Source: Yuukianura sp. NJ FZ-2021 | Taxonomy: Eukaryota | Length of the DNA stretch: 64,000 nucleotides | Reading direction: 5' to 3' | Assembly: GCA_046563655.1 (NCBI GenBank) | Contig: CM102290.1 | Span: 10,664,001-10,728,000, forward strand | Shown: positions 26,701-39,251 of the stretch, one piece after another | How positions within the stretch are numbered: position 1 is the stretch's first letter | Layout of the letters: each line of letters begins with the position of its first letter | Notes under the pieces: model-generated | Told to the model about the DNA's origin: nothing | The model's database searches: none | What the model saw: only the letters and a program-made list of their open reading frames with translations | Translations under genes and position numbers: made by a program

Positions 26701-29700
26701 GATGAAAGTGAATGACTTCCGAGAAATTAATCTTTCATGTTGCCAAAAATATTGTTACACAATTCAGGCCAAAGGTCAAGTTCGAAATGTTTACCTAACC
26801 TTACTAGTTTCTGAACTCGATATTTGCACATTACCACTTCGATTAGTCGTCTAGAGACGCATGTTGAAGAAGACTATTTCGATACGCGCTTTTTTTTTAG
26901 GTCAAAATGGAAAAAATTGGATACAATGCCCTAACTTTTTTTTATTTTGATTTTTCAGATTGGTAAATTTGGAACGGGGAAAGTGGGTCTGGCAAGTGGG
27001 TTGGTGGTGCACGTGACGTCAGGAGCTCGGAACAACACCCACTTCGGCTGTGACTTTCCCTATGGAAATCAACTCCCCACTGAGCCTTGGATTGCCCTCG
27101 TCAAACGGGGAAAGTAAGCCAACTTTCCACTTCAAAACCACTTTCACTACTTCCAAAAAACTACTTTTACCCGGCTTTTGTGTTACAAGAAAATCCCAAC
27201 TGAATTATTCAGCAGCACATGATTGTTGACGAGGGTCTTCATCTTTGGTCTTGTTACAAATCAACTCCAAAACATATGTGGAACGCTTTATCATTTTGTT
27301 TCAAAGCTACAAACTGGATAAAACTATTTTTTAAACTGGCCAACAAAGTTTATCCAAAAAAAACTTACGAAAATGCTACGTCAAGTTGTAGAAGAACAAA
27401 AACGTAACATTTTTGAAACGCAGATTATGGGAAAAGGCAATTCAAAAAAAAATTGTTGGTATTTTTTACAAGAAATAGGAAAGTCGCAGGTCATTGACTT
27501 ATTTAGTTACGTTAACTTTTTTGAATACTATTTTTTAGACAAGTTTAAAAAATGTTTTTGTAGGAACCGAATTTTCTCCGCATTGAAACTAGGGCTGAAC
27601 AAAAAGTTGAAAAGCGACGATGAATGCATTTGTGAAAAGAGAACAGTGCGACTGCTTGAAGTTGGCCTAGTTTTTTTTGCTGCTGTTGCAAAAAAAAAAT
27701 TAAGTGTCGCTGAACTTTCTGTTTCCATTTTCACTTTCACTGGAGTGAATGTGAAAGCGACTTATGTAAAGCACATTCTCTTTTTATGGAAAATTAAAAT
27801 AAAGTTGTTATATTCATATACAACTTTAAAATAAAATAACATTCTTGTACAACATTTTTGTGCTTGAAACAAGTTCAAAATTTTTAAAGGAAATAAATTA
27901 AATTATTTAATCTGTAATTTGATTGTGTAAAATTATTTTGTTTTCAGTTGTACTTTTGATGAGAAGCTAAAAAATGCATATCGGAGCAATGCCTCTGCAC
28001 TCGTTGTCTATGCCAAGGATGAGAAGGATACACTAGACAGAATGAATTTTAAGGATTGTAGTTACTGTAAGTCACAAAATTTCATAAAAAAAAATTAGGA
28101 AACTAAAAAAAGTTACAAAATGTTAAAAAAAAGTTTGAAATTCAGGTAATATTCCAGCGGTTTTTACTCACCGGTGGAAAGGTGAAGAGATTGCAAAGGT
28201 CGTTGATCGTGGGACGCGCGTGTACATGTATATCACCGTTGGTGAAACCGTGGCCAGGCCTTACAGTGGTATCAATAGGTAAACCTGTTTTTTTTTTGTA
28301 ATTTTACAATTAAAATGTTTGTTATTGGTTTGTTTTGTTCTTATGTGCAGGACATCCGTGCTCTTTGTGTCAATTTCCTTTATTGTGCTCATGATTATTT
28401 CGTTGGCTTGGTTAGTGTTCTACTACGTCCAACGATTCCGGTACCTTCACGCAAAAGACCGTCTAGCCGTAAGTCATATACCGTTTCGCGTTTCACGTTT
28501 CCGCTTTTATTCAAACATTCGGTTTTAAGTTTCATGACGTTTGCTTTGAGTTAGGATTGAATTTCACACAAAATTTCAACTTCTGTTTTCTTTGAACATT
28601 TTTCTATTTACTTTGTAGATTTTTTTTTAAAATTATTTGAAGTACTTAAAAAGTATTATCAGCAGGACCCATTATCGCATAATTACCATAACAAAACATA
28701 ATGTGTAGTACACAGTAGGACAGTATAACGTAGTTCAACATAACGTAACATTAAAGAAGATAAATTTAATGTTGACCACAGTAGCACGTAGCCGTGCCGC
28801 TACACACGTAACACAGTTTAGCGTCCCTCCACACAACGTAACACTGTACGGATTTTACTGATTTGTACGTTGTACTAGTATAACGCAGCGTAATTTGGGC
28901 AATATAACATATACGTAGTACATGTAAAATAATTTGTAATCTATAATAAATAATATATTACATGTATAATGTACGAATAATTTAATATTTACAGCAACGA
29001 CTCTGCAACGCCGCAAAGAAAGCTCTGGCTAAAATTCCAACAAGAAACATCAAATTGACGGACAAAGTAAGCAACCATTCTTTAATCGAATATAAATTTT
29101 ATTTTTTCTCCCCAAAATTTTAAAATCAGTCCAAAAATGGTGTTGTATTAGCGCTGTACGTACATTTCCACTATCATGCGCCATTACATTTACTTCCTAT
29201 CCAGACCAATTGACCTCAACCGTGTTATGACGTTAATTAAAACAGTGATTGCTGCGTGGGTAGTCTTGATTCCTTTCCGGATAAATGAACAGAGGCAGAA
29301 AATTTCCGCCTTTTTCCAGGTTGCAGGTCTTACATAAACCTCCCACAGCTTTCTCCCTTCCTTACGCAATTTCCGTCACTTCCGAACAGCGATTTGTCGC
29401 TTTTCACGTCAGCCTCACTTCCAGTGTATTCAGCGTCACTTCCAGTGCTTCCTACTTTCGGACACAAGAAAGTGGACCTCATCTCCGGTCGCTTGGCTGC
29501 CAGGATTAACGACACTTTTGGTTTCTTTTGACAGGATCTTAGCGGAGATGGGGAATGCTGTGCTGTTTGTATTGAGCTTTATCGATCCGGAGAGACACTT
29601 AGAACGCTTCCATGCAGGTAATCGCATTTTTCATTCTTAGACCTAACACTGCGCCCACTCACGGACACGGTCAAAGTTCCCGTTTGCTAGTTTATGTGGC

Positions 29701-31290
29701 GTCTCAGTTTTCTAACAAAGGAGGTGCTCAATTGAATGTCTTTCGGGGTCAAGACTTTCACTCAATTTCGTATTTGAGTTGTTGAAACGAAGTAAAAGCG
29801 GAGTTCAATAAAAGATGCAAAGGCGCGAATTTCTTTTTCAACTCGGAATTGAATTCGGTTTGCACCTAAACGAAAAAAAAATAGAAAAAAAGTTCGTAAG
29901 CCTTATTTTATCCAGCGAAGACTTATTTTGTTGCTATTAATGATAATAATTGATTCTAATCCGCTAAAGTCAACTGCACGAATGACTGTGATTGGACCAG
30001 GGTGAATAAAATGGACCAATCAGAGAATCAATAAAGAAATCCTAAATCCTTAACAAAATCGGTTTGGGGATGTTGGCTAACAAAGAAAAATATTTACAGA
30101 TGATTTGAAACTAACATTTACTTTGAATTTTTAGACATGAATTTCACAAGCTATGCGTAGATCCGTGGTTATTAGAACACAGAACGTGTCCGATGTGCAA
30201 AATGGATATACTGAAGTACTACGGTTACATTGTAAGTGGAATTTTGTTTGAATTTTGCCACCGCTTTGAGCATACTCATAACTATTCAACTATCGTATGT
30301 TCGAAAAGTTAGTTCCATCTTTCTCTGCACAAAAATCATAAGCTCCAAAAACTCAACGGCGGGAGATGGAGAAGTTACACAAGGAGAAAAAAGATGGAAC
30401 TTGACTTTTCGAACACACGATCTAAATTCTCGCGACAAGGCGAGCTACTACATGTAAATGCTTAAAACTAATCAACCTATGTTTTTTTTTACTTCTGGCT
30501 GCACTGGAGCAGTTCACTGGCAGCCAGGAAAGTATTTTGCACCTTGACATGGAAGAGGGAGTTTTGAATTCTTCAGAATCTAGGGAAACAGAGTCTCCGT
30601 TTCATGATAATCAGCGCCACCAGCAGCGTCAATTGCCAGGAAGTGGTGGTTCAGCCCCACCAACTTCTAACCCCACCAACAACGTCAGTACAGATCAGAT
30701 AGATCAACGTTCCAGCTACGGCGTCCACCTCCGATCAGAGCAAGTAGAACGTAATCCCTCTATGGTTTCTGTTGTAAGCTTCAGAAAAAAAGATTTGCAA
30801 ATCTTTTGAAAAGTTTGCCTAATTCTTTTTTTCAAAATTTCAGACCGTGGTTTCTTTTCCAAAAGCGTCTCAGTCAATTCCTGAAACTGTTACTAAATCA
30901 TCAGCTATTGAACCGGCAGATGACGGGCGACGATCCTTGTCCGCTTGTTCTCTGTCAAACGACGAACTTCAGGGATCTCCCAAGTCCACTCGGCTGTCCC
31001 CGGAAGAGGTCATTGACCCCTCGCTCAATATCCCAGAACAGAGCCTCGAACTGACCAACAGGTCACGGACATTCCAGGAGGTCAATGACCTCTCGGACCC
31101 ACTCACTGACTCAAAGAAATGCGTTCCTGTAACTGTTCACCAATTTCCACCCGCCGAAGCCACCCTGCCCCACCCCCTCCACGACTGCAACATGCCCGCC
31201 CTTCCTCGATCTCAGTCAGCTGATGAGGAGGGTCAATGTGACAAGGAGGGCAAGAGGTCAACCGGTGACCCTGAAAACAGAAACCCATAA
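23749..31290 (+). CDS. gol: PA-TM-RING-H2 E3 ubiquitin ligase, goliath/RNF130/RNF150 family (10 coding exons)
   Basis: Exons 23749-23946, 26959-27113, 27948-28066, 28146-28278, 28351-28468, 28995-29066, 29535-29617, 30135-30231, 30513-30773, 30844-31290. Signal peptide; PA domain ([13 protein letters not shown]); TM segment [37 protein letters not shown]2 CAVC...[26 protein letters not shown]. Confidence 0.95.
25155..25400. repeat. Degenerate short repeat (4 copies of CACTTTTTT(G)AA(T)AATGGCG) in goliath intron 1
   Basis: Motif at ~25157, ~25281, ~25321 and ~25371; the last three are ~40-50 bp apart. Confidence 0.55.
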
Positions 31291-32642
31291 GAACGGCATA
31301 GATCACCTACCTAATTTTAGCTAAGTATGCGGCAAGCTTAAAGGAAATTAATTCGACGACCTTGGAAATGCTGACCTTATGACTTTGAATCACAGAAAAA
31401 CCGCGAGTCAGTTTAAAGTTATTAATGTCAAAGGAGCGAGAAAGTGTAGGTGCTGTGATTTTGAAAAAGTGGACATATTTTGTATCACTTGGATTTGGTT
31501 GGATTTTTGACTTAATTAGTATTTCGAAACTTTAAAGCACTGGTGACTTATTTCAAAATCCGATGTTATTGTTTTTGTAAAAACTTTCTTTTTTCTCTCA
31601 ATCACAAAGACAGTTACCAAAATGAGTCAAGTCAACTTTTATTTAATTTTGTTTGTTTTTACTTGTTCAAATTTGTTCAAATAGAGTAAGTGTTAATTAT
31701 TTAGTTAACTTAATGTTTATTATTATTTGCTAATTAGGAAACTTACGGTATTTTACTATTGTTGTACCGTAAAGAGTCAGTGAGAGAATTGTACTACCAC
31801 AAACTGCGACTGCGCAACGCTAGCTTTGTTTCCACTGCGCACTGATTACCTGTCCACACGTTAACAACCGTAGTTGGTTTATATTGCTACGTTTTAAATT
31901 CAAGTAAGTGTTATCGGGTGTTTCCAAATAATCCGAGTTTTCCCTTTTTTTCTTTAATTTCGAATTTTTGGGAAATGAAATGCTTGGAATGGTCAACAAA
32001 GAAACTGAATCCATTTCATCTATCATTCCACGCATGCGCGATTTGAAATTCTCTTTCGAGAATGGCGAGAAAACGCGGACTATTTCGAGTCACTCGGCAT
32101 CTATGACTGTATGCTGAATCTCAGCTATCGGTTTATTGTTTATGAACTTAACTTGTTTGTTAAAGAAGGAAACAATTAAATGACAAAACCATTTGTCACA
32201 TGGAAAACTACTTGTTCACTCGTGAGACTACCTTAGAAAGCGCATGTGTGTTTATGTTTAGTTACCTTGCTTGTTCAGTTTTTTTATTTTCAAAATTTCT
32301 GCCATTTTTTCGAAGTATTTTGGAATGTGAACGTGAAGCACAGGAGACTAGAAATTACTATACCCATGGTAACACCAATTTATTATGAAAAAGAAGTTTT
32401 TTTTCTTTTCGCAAGAGTTAAAAGCAGAGCAAAAAACGCTAATTATGGATGCAATTTTTTGTTTAGCTTTGAATTTTCGAAAACTTAGAATAATTTTAAA
32501 AGTATCCGCTCCTTGAAGGTTCTGGATTTTCAAAATAAACTTAGAACTCTTTGCCTTAGCTCACTTTGCCTCCTCATAATTCAACTTGTTTTTGTAGTAG
32601 TTTTTGAAATTAAACTTTTTCGAGTTACTTTTTTTTAACAAA

Positions 32643-33967
32643 ATGGACGACAGTAATGAGAACCATCTTGAGCCACCTCCACCTTCAAAGCCTATTCATG
32701 TGTCACGGATGCTGCTGTTTGTACGTCTGAAATTCCTTTCAACTTTCTTAAACTTAATAGGTCGTGAAAGTTGAAAAAATGTTCTAAGCTATTGTTTGAA
32801 CAGGATGCAAATAACCCACAAAATGCAATGGTGATACGTCCACCCACACAGGCTAACCGTGACAGCCTCGGACTTCTCCACCTTGAAAAAGTTGCAACCG
32901 ATGAACAACTAAAAGTAGCATACGATCGTATGGTTAGAGAGCGGGATCGTGACCGGAATTCCGCACCGTTTCAAACCATGCTCAGAAATTTTCGTAGCGA
33001 CCAAGCTGCGAAGGCTGTCGAAGTCGCGGCTGTGATGGGCTTGTACAAGTCGACGTTCCACACACCCTCGACCACGGCACGCTATATCCAGCGTCCTACG
33101 CTTCCTCCACTTGGTCCGCACTCCAGCAAAGCGGCAAAGGCCATTGTAAGTCTCATGCCCAACGTGTTGCAAGCAGATGCATGTCGTCGTGCGTCGTGTC
33201 AGCGACTGCTTCTCGAACAACAGGCAGGCAAGGCCGTGAAACAAGACCGGTTTCTTCGAAAACCAAAATTGAACCCAGTGGTGGCATCCAGATCGGTGTC
33301 GTTATCCAAACATATATCGGCATCAGCAACAAAACAGGCCTCGGCAACGAAACCCATAACGGCGTCCAGATCGGTTTCGGCTTGCAAGCAAGTATTGGTG
33401 ACATCCAAAAAGGCGTCAGAATCCAAACCGTCATGGGCATCGAAGTCGGTTTCAACATTCAACCCTTTATTGGTGGCGTCGAAATCAGTGTCGTCATTTA
33501 ATCCAAGTTGGGCGTCCAAGCCAATTTCAACACTCAAACTGCCGTTGAACTCGAAATTTCCGTTGACAACGAAACTGGGATACACTGCTTCCAAACCGGT
33601 ACTGGAATCCAGATCCAAGAAATTGGACACTTCCAAGGCTCGGGTCACAAATTTCCAAACACAATCCACAACGAAACTGTCAACCAAACCTGTTTCCGGT
33701 AGAAGTGTGCCTATTGCTTCGAAAACGGATCCAACAACACATTTCGGAAAGACTGGCTCCACGACTCATGTCGGAAAACCGACTAAATCCAAAGCCAGCC
33801 TCCGACGCATTCCGTCAGTGACGGAGCAGGTCAACAATCCCACACTTCATCCTTTTCTGCACTGGAGCAAAGAATCAAACTTTTTCCATTTCAAAATTCC
33901 AAAACCGAACTCTCCCGCCAAAGCCTCATCGTCAAAGGCGAATCTTCAGACGCCAAAGAAGAAATGA
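32643..33967 (+). CDS. Orphan basic Ser/Lys/Thr-rich protein (~413 aa) with ~12-aa internal repeats
   Basis: Exon 1 32643-32720 (MDDSNENHLEPPPPSKP...), intron gtacgt...aacag, exon 2 32804-33967 in frame. Repeats (K/N)PxxASKSVS; ends in TPKKK. Confidence 0.75.
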
Positions 33968-34203
33968 CTACAGAAGAAATATAAATTTGGCGCAGAAAAC
34001 GAAACAATTTTTTCCAAATTATCATTTTGAAAAGATATACTTATTGCCGAACCCGAAACATTTATAAGGTCAATTCTAAAATTTACTACTTAACTATACT
34101 ACAAACGTAACTAGTAAAGAAAAAACAAGGTTGTCTAAAAATTAGTTTAGGAAGCACAAACAAGACTAACTTCTTTTTCAAAAAGTGAAATTTTCTTAAA
34201 AAG

Positions 34204-34665
34204 TTAAATTTTTGATAGACTAGTTGGCTTGTATGTTGTAGGTGCCGGGGCATAGACTTTGGGTAAAATTTTTGAAAATGCTTCTCGAAGTTCTTTGCTG
34301 CTGTTCTTCAGTACTTCTGCACTCGTTCTTTCTTTGGAAGATGCAGGAGATGAAGATGGCGTTTTCGGGGCTTGTGTGAACTTCGCAAATACGCTACTGC
34401 TGTCATAGCTCCCGAGCAGTCCTTTCCCGCCATTGGCCTTAGCATTTCGGGCTAAACTGGCTTGGAGATTGTTGTTGAGTTGGTCTACAAATCCTTTGAA
34501 AATTCCGCTGCTAAATGTTGACAGCAAGTTGGCCGGAGATAGCTGGGATTCCAGTTTGGGCGTGAAAGTTGCATCGGGTGCTACGAAGAATCGAACTGAT
34601 CGCTGCGCAAGTCCATTGTGTAGAGAACAAATGCAAAGGAAATGGGAAACAAAAAAAAAGTGCAT
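34204..34665 (-). CDS. Single-exon predicted secreted protein (153 aa), unknown family
   Basis: Signal-peptide-like start MHFFFVSHFLCICSLHNGLA-Q, then a Ser/Ala-rich amphipathic body; open to the stop at 34204. Confidence 0.6.
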   Translation of the reverse strand: MHFFFVSHFLCICSLHNGLAQRSVRFFVAPDATFTPKLESQLSPANLLSTFSSGIFKGFVDQLNNNLQASLARNAKANGGKGLLGSYDSSSVFAKFTQAPKTPSSSPASSKERTSAEVLKNSSKELREAFSKILPKVYAPAPTTYKPTSLSKI

Positions 34666-36114
34666 GGTACAATTAAACACGTTTCAACATTCATTCACAA
34701 AAGAATTAAAATTTTGATTAGTTTTTTTTTCAATAAATAATTTTTGGGTTAATAGGATTCAGACTCTCATCATCAATCATCATATCAAGCAACGAGCGGC
34801 ATTATTGAGGCAGTACTCATTTTTTTTTGAAATGTTCAAAACAGAAAGATGAAATTTTGGAATTTACTTTGAAAGTGAAAAAAAAATGCAAAAAAAAAAT
34901 CCGTTCAAGGAAAATCTATGTTTGAAGTAAGCTCTTAGCATCACTGTAACCATCGACATTTGGATTTGCAGCGTGGTAATGGTTGCTACAGTAACCACAG
35001 CCACATTGAAAGTAACCAGCCTATGGTTACATCGTGTGTGCGTCAGAGCTGCTTCAACCTAGTGTTAGGTTAAGGTTCCTGTGCTTATAAAGAAATTATT
35101 ATGGAAAGCAGAACAAGCAAAAGTGAAAATCCACACCCATTCAAACAGTTTTGAAATCTCCCACAATTTTTGAACAAACTAGGATAAAAACTTGGAAAAG
35201 ACGGGCCCAGCAAATAGTGTTGTCTAGATACAAAAAAGTACAAAAAGTTTTTAAAGATTTGACATTGTACAATGAAATTTATTAAATTAGGATTTAATTG
35301 TAAGTGAACTAACGAATAAAGCAGAGAGTAGTGTGTGTAGTTTACAGATTTAGAACATGATTCAAGAGCAGAGTTTGTAGGAGGCTCTGGTACTGTGCGT
35401 TGCTGGTACTCTGAAGGAATTCGAGATCGAAATTAACCGACATTACGTTTTGTAACTTAAACTTTAAATAGTTCTTTTTAACTTTTTTAAAAAAAGTTAT
35501 AAATTTTGCTTAAACAGGTTTAGTCCTTCCAAAGTCCAGTCATCAAAGTCCGAAATAGGATAGGTTTTTGTTTAACTAATTTTTATACGTTTAAAAATAC
35601 TGCGCATGACCACTCACAAGTTTGAAAAATTAAGGACACTTGTAGCACGTCAAAACATTTGTTCAAAATTTGAACCAAAACGTTGCATTACAAAATTTAA
35701 TTTAACTTCTTTATCAAATCTTAAATTCAAAATTTTAAAACTTTGCGCGCTTCCTATACCAGATGAACGAAAAGTCAAATAGTCCAACCAAGCAATTAGC
35801 GTTGATAAAATAAATTAAAAATTTACAAATGTTTAAACATCACCCCCGCTTTTTTTTTGAAAAATAAGTCACGTGACTTCCAGTGGTCGCGTTCCCTGTG
35901 ACCTTTGACCTTTGTGTCAGAAAGTATAGGCAAATAAGAATGTTTAGTAAAAAATAGGAATAGTGCTTGGAAGCATGTACAGTCAGTGAGTACAGTTTGG
36001 TACAGTTGAAGATTAGGAGAGTCGGAATCGTCGACTTTTGACCTCGGAGGGCTTGACCTTTAACCTCCCGAGGTCAAGTCACATATGTATGCATGTTAGA
36101 ATTAGAACTATATA

Positions 36115-36759
36115 TTAAGAAATAATTGGGGATGAAACACCTACAGGACCGCTGCTTGTTGAGGCGTCATCTGATGTTCCTAGTGAAATGATTGGATTGG
36201 ATGAAGATGGCGTCGACGCAATAGAAATTCTAAAATTTGACTCTGAACTTCCGCTGCCGTAACCGCCACCGTTGCTTGCGCTGGACGATGATCCGTAACC
36301 GTTTTTGTTACCAAGGTTAATCAAAGGTCTTCCACCAGTGAACGGCGAAAGTAGGCCGTTGAGCAAATTGAGTTTGGCATTGAGCAGAGTTTGAGCAAGC
36401 TAGAAATAAGGTTTTAAAAAAAAATCAATTCTTGTAAACTTTTTTTTTTGAATTTTTTGAATATGTTTTACATTTCCGATTCCCCCTAGGAGTCCACTTC
36501 CTTGACTTGAGCTGAGATCTCTACCACCTTGGAGAGCAGCTAGAATTCCAGCCACACCGCGGTTTGACCCGCCCGAAGCAAATCCACCATCGACTTTGTT
36601 TCCACCACCAAGGGCTGCCAAAATGCCACCGAGGTTTCCTCGGGCGGGGGAAGCACCGTCGGCATCTCCAGTGCCACCAATGCTATTGATCCGATTGAAA
36701 AGCCCGCCAAAAGTGTCTCCGAAAGTTCGGGCCAACTGACTTCCAAAGCTTACTGCGGC
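36115..36759 (-). CDS. Two phase-0 exons encoding a Gly/Ser-rich protein C-terminus; 5' exon(s) unresolved
   Basis: Exons 36759-36472 (AAVSFGSQLARTFG...GGILAALGGG...GILAALQGG) and 36399-36115 (LAQTLLNAKLNLLNGLL...GYGSSS...GGGYGSG), with canonical splice sites. Confidence 0.75.
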
Positions 36760-39251
36760 CTAGATAGAACCACATAATTTTAGAATTTTGAATGTTTAAA
36801 AACGGGAATGTTATAAAAAAAAATTAGTTGTGATGAAAAATATTTTTGTGCAAAAGCCAAATTTTAAGAATGTCTTAACCAAAGATGTAACTCCAACACC
36901 AAAAAAACGTTCACTCTCAATTAAATTCCAAGCGTTTTTGCAAAAATTGAAAATTTTTAGAAATTTAGTAAGCATGAAGCGCTACGGCCCATTCAGTCCA
37001 TTTTTGGGTGTCTCAAGCGAACCATCAAAATACATAAACAAAATGATTACGTTAACACCAAATAGTAAAGCTTGCTTTACTGAAAATTTTACTCATGGAA
37101 TTGTGACGTTTGGTGGTTTGTTAACGGAAAATGTTTTTCAAATTTGGTGTTAGGCTTTATGTTTACGTAAATTGCTTCCGAACAGTCTCAATTGTCCATT
37201 CAGTCCATTTACTCTCATCACATTCTTTACCACCATGATAAACTTAAATTCGAATTGGCATAGACCAATCATTATCCACATAACATTAAAAAAAAAGCTT
37301 GTAAAAAGTGCACCTTCAAGGAAATCTTATGTACTTTACAATTGTTTTGAATATCGAGGCTTGATTGATCTTCCAGCGTGCAACTTTAGCGAAGTGTGGA
37401 ATTTACAGAAAGGTCACACAAAAGTGGATGTGAAGATTTTGATGCTTGTGAACCAAGACAATTCAAAAAAAGTGATAAAGTGGTGAGAATTTTTTGAACA
37501 GGAAGAACTTTCGGTACCTTGTTAGAAAATTGCGGAGCTTCATGTTGGTTTTGGCCCAAAAATCATAGAGTTTCCAAGGACGTTCAAAATTACCGTGCAT
37601 TATAAAATTTTGACCTCACAAATTCACCATTTGAGCAGCTCGAACTTTTATGTTATTTTTCCTACTGTATAATTATTAGTCTGAACCTAATTTAACAAGG
37701 TTAGTTTACAAACCCAAAAACCCAACTTTCGATATTTTCCTGTTGAAACACTTTTAAATTTCACTAACGGAAACTGCGATTTCGTAAAGATTTTCCATTA
37801 AAAAACACGAATGCGGAAGACAAAATAAAATTAAGGGAACGATTGCTTTAGTTTATCTCAAAGTTCTTTTGTCTTGACCCCTCATGCGTCACTCTATGTA
37901 TGATTACTGGGGTGGAAATGACATGCAGCTTAAAAACTTCGAAATGTACCGTCACACTTCAAATTTTTGGACTTACAAAATAAGTGATTCCAATTTTTCC
38001 AAAAAAAAATGTTTATAGAAAACAGAGGCGAATTTTGTGTTGAAAGTTTTACAGTAATTGCTCCTCAATAGTTTGACGGTATAAAAAATGCTAAATGTCT
38101 ATTATGTTGTCAGTCGTTGCGTATACTATCCTGTATTAATCTTCAGAAGGTCAAGTGAGGTCAAATGTCGTCAAACGCCAAGGTTGTGTCAAATGATATG
38201 CGTAGGAAGTAGATTTTTCAAAGGCCAGTTTGAGCAATTTCTTTTATTAAATTCAAACGTCAACAAAACTACAAAATTAGAAACGAGCAGAAACGAATTC
38301 AAAATTACTTTAACTTTAAATTGCAAAAATTTCAATTGTAAAAGTGTCACGCGCATGTCCAGTATACAGTCACATAGTAGTACAGTTAAATGTCAACGGT
38401 CAATACGGTTTTAAGTCCTACTATTTACTTATGAGCACAAAAATGACGCAGCAGTAGGCGGTAAAATTTGAGTTTTTAGTTCTTATTACAAAATTAAAAA
38501 AAAGGAAGACAATATTTCTAACTTTGAAAAAAAAAATGGAGCGAAAAAGAATGCTTGGAAGGAAAATGAATGTCTTTCGTTTGGTAACTATTACAATCAT
38601 GCGCCACGTCAATCCAGACCTGGAGGAAGTTACATGAGTTGTATACAGTAGGAATTGAAAGACGTCATTATGAAAACCTTGAGTTTAAAAAAATATGTTT
38701 TTTCCAAAAACTAAAAATCTTGTTTGTTTTTCTAAACCTTAAAAAACTTTGAGGAAACATGCGGGAAACACATTCAGTCACTCCATTTTCCAAGACTAAA
38801 AAACTTAACCTTAGTAATATGGACGTACTCGTATTATTCTAGTTAGCCTTATGTTAGGTTAATAGCTCTTGCCACAGAAGAATTCTAAACATAGAAGATT
38901 ATGTTAGTTAGGTTAGCTTCAATTGATTATGCTAGATTATGTTAGGAAAGCGTCACAGGTCAAGGGTGAAAAGTTTGAACGGTCAAAGGTAGAAAGTAAC
39001 GTGTGTTTTTTTTTCGAAATTTTTTTTGGAAGTTGTGCCTTTTTGGAAAGTGTTTACGAGGCCGTTATGGTTAGATTAACTTTGATAATGTTTGGGATAA
39101 CTTTGTTAGGGGTAGGTTAGTTGGGTTAACTTTAGGTTAGTTGGAAGAGTACTTAATAACTTGGTGACTAAATTCTGTGAGCGCTTGTCCTTTGGAACAG
39201 GGTTAGAGTGATGCTGGAGCCATGTTCCAAATATGGTCAGTTGCTTTTTGT

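Noticed and set aside
27373..27834. 153-aa ORF inside goliath intron 2 (and similar K/F/N-rich ORFs such as 45507-45953)
   Set aside because: Composition reflects AT-rich non-coding DNA; no domain or splice support.
33199..33762. 187-aa antisense ORF and other overlapping ORFs
   Set aside because: Shadow of the repetitive plus-strand CDS. The same applies to antisense ORFs over ANKLE2 exon 4 (e.g. 14848-15309).
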